Of a DNA stretch of 64,000 bases, positions 55,854 to 64,000 are shown one piece after another. Under the pieces are notes generated by a model. That model was not told where the DNA came from, searched no databases, and saw nothing but the letters and a program-made list of their open reading frames with translations. Each line of letters begins with the position of its first letter. Positions within the stretch are counted from its first letter, which is position 1. This stretch comes from a bacterium (GTDB lineage: Bacteria > Patescibacteriota > Microgenomatia > UBA8517), in contig CP129472.1 of assembly GCA_030583725.1 (NCBI GenBank), forward strand, positions 64,286 through 128,285. Reading direction: 5' to 3'. Position numbers and translations under genes: made by a program.

Positions 55854-56696
55854 TCATTTATCAAACTTTTTAAATTCAGTTTCACGATCCTCAATTATTT
55901 CATTTACATTACCCCAATTATTTTGAGCTGGTGTTAATTTAAGCAAAACTAATAATCTTAATAAAATTGTTAATCCTAACATTAAGGTAAGCCACAAAAT
56001 AACAGTTGATACTAAAATTTTTACAATAGTAGCTAGGTATTTAAATATAAAGACTTTTTTAGTCAACTCTGGATTGTAAAGTGATATAAATATCAAAGTA
56101 ATTAAAATTACTAATGCTACAATTGAAATTATCAAGATATCCTTAATATTAGCAGATGAGACAACCCCAATTAATTCATAGGCAGATAAACATTCTGATT
56201 TTCCTTGCTTTGATATAACTTTTGATAAATCTCTTTTATTTACAGGACCAAACGATCTTGAATCATTTGAATTTAACCGATTGTCCCCTAGAACAAAATA
56301 TTCATCATTATCTAAAACTACTGATTGGTTATCATTTTCGTGTGCACTTATGTCTAAAAATCCATTTTCGCTAACTATTTTGTCATTAATATAAATTTTT
56401 GAATTAACTATCGTTACCTTTTCATTTGGTAGTCCAATTATTCTTTTAACAAAATCAGCGTTCTCAACACTTGAATCATATTTACTACCATCAAAAGTGA
56501 CAACATCGCAACGATTATAAGACACTAGTCTTCTAACTGAAGAGTAACTATCACGATTACTAAAGTAAGGATTCATTGAATTTCCCATAACATCACCATT
56601 ATCAAAGCCCGATATAAAATATAAACCTATCAATAGTACGATGCCTATCCCACCATGTTTAAGAATATCTAGAAAAATCTTTTCGATTTTCTTCAT
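55854..56696 (-). CDS. lepB: Signal peptidase I (S26) with an extended C-terminal membrane region
   Basis: 'GNSMNPYF' (catalytic Ser), 'GDNRLNSNDSRSFG' (box E). Confidence 0.7.
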   Translation of the reverse strand: MKKIEKIFLDILKHGGIGIVLLIGLYFISGFDNGDVMGNSMNPYFSNRDSYSSVRRLVSYNRCDVVTFDGSKYDSSVENADFVKRIIGLPNEKVTIVNSKIYINDKIVSENGFLDISAHENDNQSVVLDNDEYFVLGDNRLNSNDSRSFGPVNKRDLSKVISKQGKSECLSAYELIGVVSSANIKDILIISIVALVILITLIFISLYNPELTKKVFIFKYLATIVKILVSTVILWLTLMLGLTILLRLLVLLKLTPAQNNWGNVNEIIEDRETEFKKFDK

Positions 56697-56744
56697 AATT
56701 TCAGTTTACTCTTTTGGTTATAAGTTGTTAATCTCTTTTATTGT

Positions 56745-57386
56745 TCTCCTGCCCATGCACATTGGCCAAAGGCCAACCACCCCTGTAAGCTTTGGGGTGT
56801 TTTGTGTTGGGCAGGATTCCCGACAGGGAATATTTCAGGAGCAATGGTTTTGTTGTTTTTGTGTTCTAACCAAGTGCTGTGCCGAAGGCACTTTTGGAGT
56901 TGTTTTCTAGCACTTGGGTAGTTGCCTGTTAAGGCAAATTGCGACTGAAATGACACATTAGAAATCCTTTAAAAATAGGTCTTGTTTAGTTTTTGTGTTC
57001 ATATGTGAACTTGCGGTGACCGCATCCGCAACCGCAGTACCGCAACTCCGCAATATGCCCTATAATACGACACGATTGCGGATTTTATAAAGGTCTCTGC
57101 GGTATACCGCAAGGGCACCGTCAGACACTCGCAAGTGTCTGACTCTACAAATAACCCCTTTTCCTTAAAGTGGGTAAGCGGAAGGCCGAAACGAGCGAAG
57201 CGAGTGGAGGCCTGGAGCGCACACACGATTGGGTTAGCGAAGCTCCGCGAAGCGGAGCTGAGCGAGCAACACGAGCATTCTCCAATTCATTTCCCCTTTA
57301 ACCCCTCTTCTTGGAGAATGCAAACAAAGATGTTAAACTATACATGTTGGCGAAACCAAGTCAGAGCGGTTTGGAAAAGTCGCTCC
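56745..57386 (+). ncRNA. Structured RNA-like element, copy C (hairpin-rich module 56745..~57165 + inverted-repeat arm 57166..57386)
   Basis: Closing helices CUCCUG/CAGGAG and CCUGCCCA/UGGGCAGG (perfect 8 bp); UUGGCC-AAA-GGCCAA; AUUCCC-GACA-GGGAAU; CCAAGUGCU..AGCACUUGG enclosing GUGCC-GAA-GGCAC; UUGCC-UGUUAAG-GCAA; UGCGG-UAUA-CCGCA; GUCAGACAC-UCGCAA-GUGUCUGAC; then the junction 'cuacaaauaaccccuuuuccuuaaag'. Confidence 0.5.
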
Positions 57387-57517
57387 ATAGCGAAATGGTT
57401 TTGCGTTTTTCCCAATTTTCCTCAAGAAATCAGCATTTTCCCGAGTTCTAGCCACTATTTTTAACGGTTTATCTTTAGCCTGGAAAAAAGTTTACCGGTT
57501 ACCGGAGTCGGACCAAA

Positions 57518-58792
57518 TTATTTTTTCTTACTTACTTCTTTTATAACCCAATCACCGAAAACCAATGGTTTCCAGTCTTTTCCTATGGTTTCTCCAATGC
57601 TCTTGGTAAATGACCCACCTATATTTGCACCAGCCACAATTACTCCAGTCAATGGAGTAGGATCAATCGCAGCATAGAATGGTGGTCCATATTGTAATAA
57701 ATTTCCAAATAACTTGAGTGTAGAAGAAGTAAATTTTGTTATTCCAGAAGCTTTTGTTACTTCTTGGTGATACTCCACAATCTCATCTCTGTCCCTTTCC
57801 GATTCTTGCTGAAGCCATTTTCTAAACTTTGAACTATTACTTCTGACTTTCATTACTAAATCAATATCAATGATGCCTTGGTTAACTAACTCACGTATAT
57901 TTGGGTATTCGACTTTTTCCGTGAGCTTGCTAATCACTTTTTGAGGTTTATTTGTACTTTGATCTACTTCAAAAAGTTTATTACCAACGACAGTACTCAT
58001 AACATCACCCAAATACAAATCCCACCCATATTTCGATGATGTCCATATCAGATTATTGGAATGTGCCTCACCTATTGCAGGCATTTCTCCTCTGAAATAA
58101 CCGGGTAAACCTAACAACTCATCCAACTTTTTAAAGTCGTAATTATAATTAATCGTGAATTGATCACTTTCTGAATTTAGAATAGTCGAGTGAATTTCAG
58201 GTGGCTTTATTCCTGGTTGGAAGTTTTTGAAAATATGATCTACATAAGCTTGGGTGAGTAAATTTATTCTCTCAGTTTGTTTTAGAGCCAGTCTTGAGTT
58301 TTCAACTGGAGGGTCGTAACCTTCGGCCATTTCATTAATCAAATTTTCTTCAATAATTCTATATAGTTGTGCCCTTTTTCGTGAATTCATGAATTTTGCC
58401 AGATTGCTTCTATAAACTATCAATCTGATGAAGTCACTTTGATTGTTTTCTTGCGGAGTGTTAATGTTCCAAATCGAAAAAGTACCTTGATTATTTATTG
58501 CACTTGTCATGAAGTGGTAGTAAAAGGGACGGAGAGTTCTTTCCCTCAATAAGCTGAAAAATAAATCCAACTTTCCTTGTGAAGAAAACCACTCAAGTAA
58601 TTCTTCGAATTCTTCTACAGTATTGATGTTAAATAAAACTTGATCGTAATAAATTAGAGATTCTGCAAGAAGTCCAAGATCAACATGTTTTTTAGCTTTA
58701 GCCAGATAAGGAGAACTGAAAGGCCAAACTTCTAGCGGGACCAATACTGTAGTGTGTTTGTTAATAGAATCTGTCATGATTTTATCAAACAT
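57518..58792 (-). CDS. Hypothetical protein (424 aa), downstream partner in a two-gene operon
   Basis: Overlaps the upstream gene by 8 nt; no motif recognised. Confidence 0.5.
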   Translation of the reverse strand: MFDKIMTDSINKHTTVLVPLEVWPFSSPYLAKAKKHVDLGLLAESLIYYDQVLFNINTVEEFEELLEWFSSQGKLDLFFSLLRERTLRPFYYHFMTSAINNQGTFSIWNINTPQENNQSDFIRLIVYRSNLAKFMNSRKRAQLYRIIEENLINEMAEGYDPPVENSRLALKQTERINLLTQAYVDHIFKNFQPGIKPPEIHSTILNSESDQFTINYNYDFKKLDELLGLPGYFRGEMPAIGEAHSNNLIWTSSKYGWDLYLGDVMSTVVGNKLFEVDQSTNKPQKVISKLTEKVEYPNIRELVNQGIIDIDLVMKVRSNSSKFRKWLQQESERDRDEIVEYHQEVTKASGITKFTSSTLKLFGNLLQYGPPFYAAIDPTPLTGVIVAGANIGGSFTKSIGETIGKDWKPLVFGDWVIKEVSKKK

Positions 58793-59768
58793 TTTTTACT
58801 TCTTTGTTAACATTTGACATTGTTTTTAAAAATTTATCGAAAAGAGGTTTGAGCTCCTTTTCAGCCTTCCATCCATAATGATCACTTGCCGAAGCAAATA
58901 TACTACTAAAGAAATCAAAAGCCATAACAAGATCTTCTTCGACCCAATTATCAGAGATACCTGCAAAATTAGTGAAACCATTTTCAGTTTGTTTTACATA
59001 ATCATTCATCACTCGCGCATGGGAATGTGTATGTTGAGAGCTGAGACGGTACATTGTTTTATATTGGCCACTCCGATTAACCTCTTCTGCCATTTCTCCC
59101 AATGACTTGTCAGACCAGTTGTAGCCCTTGTATTTGTATTTATCTTGGACTTGTTTTGCCATTTTTTTAACTTCAGAAATAGAGACGTCTCCATTTTTTG
59201 GTTTTAAAGCACGTTGCTCGAGTTGAAGTAATAGTTCTGGTTTTTGTTCTGCATAATTAAACATTTTCTCTCTCAATATCCAATCAAAACCGTAATAACG
59301 GTATGCTCGTTCATCAGTAGGGTCTTTTAGGATATATAAAAGTGTAATTAAAAGTTCAAATATTGTTCTGTTCAAGATTGAGGCATCTTCGCCGTATCCT
59401 CCTTCGCAAAGAGCCATGATAGCTGAATGTGTTTTATAGGATTTTGCCAAAGTGAATGCAACAAGAGCATCTTTTGGTCCTATGTTTCGAATTTCCCTTT
59501 CGAGATAATCATCTACCAGTAACTTGAGTTGATGGTTAAAGCTAAAGAGATCTTTGTAGGAAGTGCTTATAACATTTTTTGTACGATAGTTAGACGCATC
59601 TTCTTCGCTAACGACCCACTCACGTCCCTTTTTTTCGGCCTTTAACTTTCCTTCACCTATTAATCTACGGATGTAAGAATCATCGTTATAGCCAAGTATC
59701 TTCGCAAGGTCTCGAGTGTTATAGTATCGCATATTAAAAATAATACACTCTTTGTATTTACTTGTCAA
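58785..59768 (-). CDS. Protein with an N-terminal excisionase/MerR-like HTH (HTH_17-type) and a large uncharacterised C-terminal domain
   Basis: 'YNTRDLAKILGYNDDSYIRRLIGEGKLKAEKKGREWVVSEED' resembles excisionase-family DNA-binding domains. Confidence 0.5.
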   Translation of the reverse strand: MTSKYKECIIFNMRYYNTRDLAKILGYNDDSYIRRLIGEGKLKAEKKGREWVVSEEDASNYRTKNVISTSYKDLFSFNHQLKLLVDDYLEREIRNIGPKDALVAFTLAKSYKTHSAIMALCEGGYGEDASILNRTIFELLITLLYILKDPTDERAYRYYGFDWILREKMFNYAEQKPELLLQLEQRALKPKNGDVSISEVKKMAKQVQDKYKYKGYNWSDKSLGEMAEEVNRSGQYKTMYRLSSQHTHSHARVMNDYVKQTENGFTNFAGISDNWVEEDLVMAFDFFSSIFASASDHYGWKAEKELKPLFDKFLKTMSNVNKEVKNV

Positions 59769-60053
59769 CGGTCACCGTGTACTAGATTGCGTGTACTGAA
59801 TAATATTTTGACGTCCTAGCATGTTTTTTGATCTCTGCGATCTTTACCGAATACCTCCATATATAGAAACGAATTGATTTCCTTCAAGTAGCCTTTGAAA
59901 ACTGTAAGTTGTAAAATTAACTCAGCCTGAGCTGTAATATAGTAGTGAAGACCGATTTTAATTTTGGAAATAAGAGATAAATCGGGATCGAGTAGATATT
60001 GTTTGATATACTCGTCCTGGCTAAACAGGTTCGAGCCAATTACGGTTACCAGC

Positions 60054-60443
60054 TCACAAATCCTTTTTAAACCAATCCCCTAGTGGTTTTTTACTGTTTG
60101 GATAGTAATTGTAGTTTATAAATATTTCAGAATTACTTTTTATATTTTTAATAGCTTTAATTATCAATTTCTTGTTTTTGTAATCATATAAATATCTTGC
60201 GTTTGGTGAATAGGAATGGTTATATAAACTTGCAGTTCCTAGAGCTATGACAAAGTGTTTATTTGTATATTCAAAGTAATAGTAATAAAGATTAGTTTTT
60301 TTGATATGTTTAAAATCTTTAATAGGTAATAAAATAAGTGGGGCAATTTCTATTATCTCACCTTTTTTAATGTTTTCTTTTGAGAATACACCACTACCAT
60401 TGATTGTTTCAGATTGTTTGATCGTTATTTTTTGCATCATCAA
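60054..60443 (-). CDS. Minimal SET-like domain protein (129 aa)
   Basis: 'GSGVFSKENIKKGEII', 'NHSYSPNA' (NHSCxPN variant), 'SEIFINYN'. Confidence 0.5.
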   Translation of the reverse strand: MMMQKITIKQSETINGSGVFSKENIKKGEIIEIAPLILLPIKDFKHIKKTNLYYYYFEYTNKHFVIALGTASLYNHSYSPNARYLYDYKNKKLIIKAIKNIKSNSEIFINYNYYPNSKKPLGDWFKKDL

Positions 60444-61422
60444 TTGTGTTAATAAATATCCTTTTTAATGTTTCGGTAAAGTCAACACCATACATATCAA
60501 GAATTATTGAATATGTTGCGTGGGTTTCTTTGGTCGGACCAAAAAAAGGGTTACAATTAGGGTCAATTACGTAAATTCTTCCCGATGCATCAATTCTTAA
60601 GTCTATTCTTGCATAGTCTGACATTTTTAAAATATCAAACGTTTTTCTAACATATTCTTTTAAATTGTCTTGTTCATATTTAATATACTCAATAGTTTTC
60701 CAATTTTTCCATTTTTTATTAAAAGTAACAACATCACCTTCTGTGTCGTTGTTCGTTTTTCTTTGTACACAGTAGACTTTTGTATTGGAACCGTCAAGAA
60801 CAGATGCAGTAACTTCAATTCCAGCTATAAACTCGTCAACTAAAATTGGTTGCCTAAATTTATCAATTAAATATTTTAGTTTGTTTCTTAATTGTTTCTC
60901 ATTCCTGCAAATACTATCCTCGTCAACACCAATACTACTATGTTCGTGATTTAATTTTGGAAACAAAGGGTATCTCAAATTGTGATCTATACTTTCTGTA
61001 TGAGAAGTAAAAAGTTGATGATTTGGTACTGGTACACCACCAGACTCAAGCAGTTTATACATTAAATATTTGTTTGTACCAATTGACCAACCAAGAGTGC
61101 CAGAACCAGTATACGGAATATTTAGAATCTCATATAGTCCAATAACTGAGGCCCCAAGTGTTGACTCTCCTCTTACACTATCTACTAAATTTAATATCAT
61201 CGATGGATTGTATTTTTTTAAGTTAGCAGCAATACTTTCATCGCAAGGGAGGCAGACAACATCAATCCCCATATTTAGGGCATATTTTGCAATATCATTA
61301 GCATAGATGTCTGCACCTTCTTCAGACACATATTCCTCTTCAGTTTTAAAATATTCTCTTTTTACATCAGAATACACAATTGCAACTTTTTTAGGTAATC
61401 TTATTTTTTCTTGATCAGTCAT
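60409..61422 (-). CDS. ATP-grasp enzyme, D-Ala-D-Ala ligase-like (paralog 2)
   Basis: 'KKVAIVYSDVKREY...', Ddl_N-like then an ATP-grasp fold; paralog of the upstream gene. Confidence 0.6.
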   Translation of the reverse strand: MTDQEKIRLPKKVAIVYSDVKREYFKTEEEYVSEEGADIYANDIAKYALNMGIDVVCLPCDESIAANLKKYNPSMILNLVDSVRGESTLGASVIGLYEILNIPYTGSGTLGWSIGTNKYLMYKLLESGGVPVPNHQLFTSHTESIDHNLRYPLFPKLNHEHSSIGVDEDSICRNEKQLRNKLKYLIDKFRQPILVDEFIAGIEVTASVLDGSNTKVYCVQRKTNNDTEGDVVTFNKKWKNWKTIEYIKYEQDNLKEYVRKTFDILKMSDYARIDLRIDASGRIYVIDPNCNPFFGPTKETHATYSIILDMYGVDFTETLKRIFINTIDDAKNNDQTI

Positions 61423-61423
61423 C

Positions 61424-62491
61424 TTAATATCCCCATTCCCTCATTGTATTTTGAAGCATTCTTTTAAGCAGTGTTTTAAACGGAACACCATAATCCTCTA
61501 AGGTTTTAGTCATTTCACATTCCCAACTTGGTGGACCAAAATGACAATTTGCATTGGCATCAATGAAATAGTATTTTCCCATTCTGTCCATTCTTACATC
61601 AAATTTGCCATAGTCTGACATTCTGGCAATTTTAAAGGCTTTTTTAACTAAAGCATCAAGTAAAGGATCATGATATTTTTCATACTTTAAATATTTTTTA
61701 TATTCTGAAGGTTCATACATCCAACAAAGATCATAGTCTAAAAATTCATGTCCTGTTTTGTTGTTTGGAAGTTTAATTTTTCTTTCTATTGAATATACTT
61801 TTTTGTTTACAGATTCAAAAGTAAAAATTGCAAATTCTCGTCCATCAATAAATTCTGAGACCAGTACGTCCTGTTCATAATACTTATTTAATAGATACTT
61901 TAATTGACGTCTTAAATCTTTTTCATTTTCTACAACAGATTTTCTAGTTATTTCTACATTACTGTGTTCTTCATTAAGTTTTAAAATCAAGGGAAACTTT
62001 AAAGACGGGTCTAGAGGTGTTTTGGCAGATGTCATTAATTGAAAAGGGGGTACTGGTATGCCATGTTGTGACAAAAGTGCATATATCAAATACTTGTTGC
62101 ACCCTAGAGAAAAACCTAGAATATCAGCACCAGTATATGGGATTTCAAGAAGTTCAAGTGTCGCAGGGATAGTTGCGCCCAGATAGTCATAACCTTTAAC
62201 TGTTGTAACCAAATTAATTGCCATATCTGGTTTTTCTTTTTGTAGGTTCTTGGCAATATCAGAGTCCCCTTTTATATAACAAACGTCAACACCAAGGGAC
62301 TTAAGAAATGGTCCAAAAGCGTAGGCTTCTTTGTCAGAACCATCTACTGTATAGAATTCTTCTACGGTGTAGTAATATTCTCTCTTTGCATCTGTGTATA
62401 TAATTGCAACTTTTTTGGGAAGCTTTCCACCATTCTGATTGTGTTTAGCAATTAGGCTTCTGGTGTTAGGAGAATTAACTATATCTTTCAT
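61424..62491 (-). CDS. ATP-grasp enzyme, D-Ala-D-Ala ligase-like (paralog 1)
   Basis: 'KKVAIIYTDAKREYYYT...' with the same domain order; about one-third identity to its neighbour by eye. Confidence 0.6.
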   Translation of the reverse strand: MKDIVNSPNTRSLIAKHNQNGGKLPKKVAIIYTDAKREYYYTVEEFYTVDGSDKEAYAFGPFLKSLGVDVCYIKGDSDIAKNLQKEKPDMAINLVTTVKGYDYLGATIPATLELLEIPYTGADILGFSLGCNKYLIYALLSQHGIPVPPFQLMTSAKTPLDPSLKFPLILKLNEEHSNVEITRKSVVENEKDLRRQLKYLLNKYYEQDVLVSEFIDGREFAIFTFESVNKKVYSIERKIKLPNNKTGHEFLDYDLCWMYEPSEYKKYLKYEKYHDPLLDALVKKAFKIARMSDYGKFDVRMDRMGKYYFIDANANCHFGPPSWECEMTKTLEDYGVPFKTLLKRMLQNTMREWGY

Positions 62492-62642
62492 TTTATTAAA
62501 TGATGTATGAATATTTATATATATTTTGATAGAATATACAAGTAGTAAACAGATTGGTCATTTTAACCAACAAATTATAAACCTTAAGTTTTAATTTGCG
62601 ACTATGACAAACTAAAGTTTGTTTATTTGCGAAACAAGTTTC

Positions 62643-62714
62643 GCGACTATAGGTAAATGGATATACCGACTCCCTTCTAAGGAGCAATTCTAGGTTCGAT
62701 TCCTAGTAGTCGCA
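62643..62714 (+). tRNA. tRNA-Arg (anticodon TCT)
   Basis: GCGACUA acceptor, D-arm GGUA-AAUGGAUA-UACC, anticodon loop CUUCUAA, T-arm CUAGG-UUCGAUU-CCUAG, discriminator A. Confidence 0.8.
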
Positions 62715-62774
62715 CACTGTGACACTTTTCTTGACACTTGTTCCACTTCAACTTACAATCTTAAAATAACTCAA

Positions 62775-63488
62775 ATGAAACGAATTAAGCGAATAATGCT
62801 CAAGCTTACAGGAGAGCTTTTTGAAAAAGAGTTACAAAATATAAGTTTTGAAAGATATGATTTTGTAGCTAAGCAAATCTTAAAGATTCAAGAAGAAGCT
62901 AAGGTTCAGATAGGAATTGTTGTTGGTGGTGGCAATATTTTTAGAGGAAGAGAGGCAAATACATCAGTAGATAGGTCAGAGGCTGATGCAGTTGGAATGC
63001 TTGCTACAATCTCAAATGGAATTCTTTTAAGAGAGGCTTTAGTACGTCACGGAGCAATTAATGCACGCCTCATGACAGCAATTGACATTCACCAATTCGC
63101 AGAACCATATATTAAGAATAAGGCTAGGCATCATTTAGATGAGAACAGGCTTGTGATTATTGCTGGTGGACTTGGAAAACCTTATTTTTCTACAGATTCT
63201 GCAGTGGCCCAATACGCAAACGAGATTAATTGTGACATTATTTTTAAAGCAAGCACTATTGACGGAGTTTATGATTCTGATCCAAACAAAAATAGAAATG
63301 CAAAAAAGTACAAAAGCCTAACTTATCGTGAAGCCATTAATAAAAATCTAAAAATTTTAGACCAAACCGCTTTTGCTATGTGTGAAGAATCGCAAATACC
63401 AATTTTTGTATTTGACGTAAAGAACCTCCATGAACTTCCCAAAGTCATCAAGGGTGATTATTCTATTGGTACACTAATTCATAAATAA
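62775..63488 (+). CDS. pyrH: UMP kinase
   Basis: 'RIMLKLTGELF', 'GIVVGGGNIFRG', 'DSDPNKN' amino-acid kinase family motifs. Confidence 0.9.
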   Translation: MKRIKRIMLKLTGELFEKELQNISFERYDFVAKQILKIQEEAKVQIGIVVGGGNIFRGREANTSVDRSEADAVGMLATISNGILLREALVRHGAINARLMTAIDIHQFAEPYIKNKARHHLDENRLVIIAGGLGKPYFSTDSAVAQYANEINCDIIFKASTIDGVYDSDPNKNRNAKKYKSLTYREAINKNLKILDQTAFAMCEESQIPIFVFDVKNLHELPKVIKGDYSIGTLIHK

Positions 63489-63505
63489 AAATAGTTAATG
63501 AAGAA

Positions 63506-63531
63506 CCCACGACCTTACGGTCGGGGTTTTT
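63506..63531 (+). terminator. Rho-independent terminator after pyrH
   Basis: Hairpin CCGACC-TTAC-GGTCGG followed by TTTTT. Confidence 0.5.
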
Positions 63532-63582
63532 GCAGTGATAAATCTACTGGCTTGCTACAATTTAATGTACAATGAATGTTCG

Positions 63583-64000
63583 ATGAAAAAAATTGTATAC
63601 CTCTTGCTGTTTTTTATGTTTTTATTTCCTACAAAAACTCTTGCGTATAATCCCTTGTCTGTTCCCAACAATATATATGGAATGGGAATTATCAATCACT
63701 CTGATATTGGAGATGTTAAAAATTTAGTAAATTTTAATGGTGGAGACTGGGGTTATGTAAAAGTTGTAATTACTGAAAAAGAAAGAAACAAAGAAGTCTG
63801 GCAAAAGTTTTTAGATGATTGCCGAAGAGATAACCTAATACCAATAATTAGAATTGCATCTAATTTCGATGGTAGTAACTGGGAAATTCCTAAACTTGAT
63901 GAGATTGACAACTGGGTTTCATTTTTTGACTCTTTAAACTGGGTTACCGAGAACAGATATCTAATAATTGGCAATGAACCAAATCATGCAAAAGAGTGGG
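63583..64000 (+). CDS. Secreted protein, 3' partial, with a glycoside-hydrolase clan GH-A-like 'GNEPN' motif (tentative)
   Basis: ATG at 63583, signal peptide 'KKIVYLLLFFMFLFPTKTLA', open to the end of the window. Absent from the ORF track because no stop is reached. Confidence 0.45.
   Translation, partial: MKKIVYLLLFFMFLFPTKTLAYNPLSVPNNIYGMGIINHSDIGDVKNLVNFNGGDWGYVKVVITEKERNKEVWQKFLDDCRRDNLIPIIRIASNFDGSNWEIPKLDEIDNWVSFFDSLNWVTENRYLIIGNEPNHAKEW

Noticed and set aside
11560-57400. CRISPR array
   Set aside because: The repeats are long (65-220 bp) inverted pairs, not short direct repeats with unique spacers. No cas genes are present.

Overview
This is a low-GC, gene-dense window that looks like a small-genome Patescibacteria (CPR)-type bacterium, standard genetic code. 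That guess rests on compact versions of ThrRS and trigger factor, a PBP fragment and many small hypothetical proteins.

Core housekeeping genes are clear: PBP transpeptidase C-terminus (partial), pheT, pheS, the infC-rpmI-rplT operon, thrS, typA/bipA, tig (short form), an RRM protein, dinB, argS, lepB and pyrH. There are about 11 tRNA genes.

The main signal is a module repeated three times (about 11.6-19.4 kb, 29.7-39.5 kb and 39.5-57.4 kb). Each copy has:
- a tRNA gene whose 3' end is overlapped, convergently, by a large serine recombinase gene;
- a recombinase gene flanked by its own ~65-bp inverted repeats and driven by a conserved leaderless sigma70-like promoter (TTGATA, 17 nt, TATAAAT);
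- an adjacent cargo segment of 5.6, 7.5 or 15 kb bounded by perfectly matching ~200-bp inverted repeats;
- at one end of the cargo, a ~400-nt hairpin-rich sequence contiguous with the inverted-repeat copy.

Together these form a ~600-nt structured RNA-like family present in three diverged copies. The copies show compensatory base-pair changes in at least six conserved hairpins, including GNRA tetraloops and G-U wobbles that fix the transcribed strand. I could not match this RNA to any family I know from memory.

Cargo contents are:
- a methyltransferase-NUDIX fusion, ASCH, SET and a kinase;
- an arginine-themed set (ADI-like, ArgRS, M20 peptidase, GNAT, DMT transporter);
- a glycosylation/methylation island plus a Upf1-like helicase fused to a PLD nuclease and a Topo zinc finger, with an SNase and a REC domain.

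I read the whole arrangement as a tandem array of tRNA-associated integrative or invertible elements, each carrying a novel large ncRNA. All coordinates for RNA elements and repeats are approximate (about +/-5 nt); functional assignments come from motif recognition by eye, not database searches.
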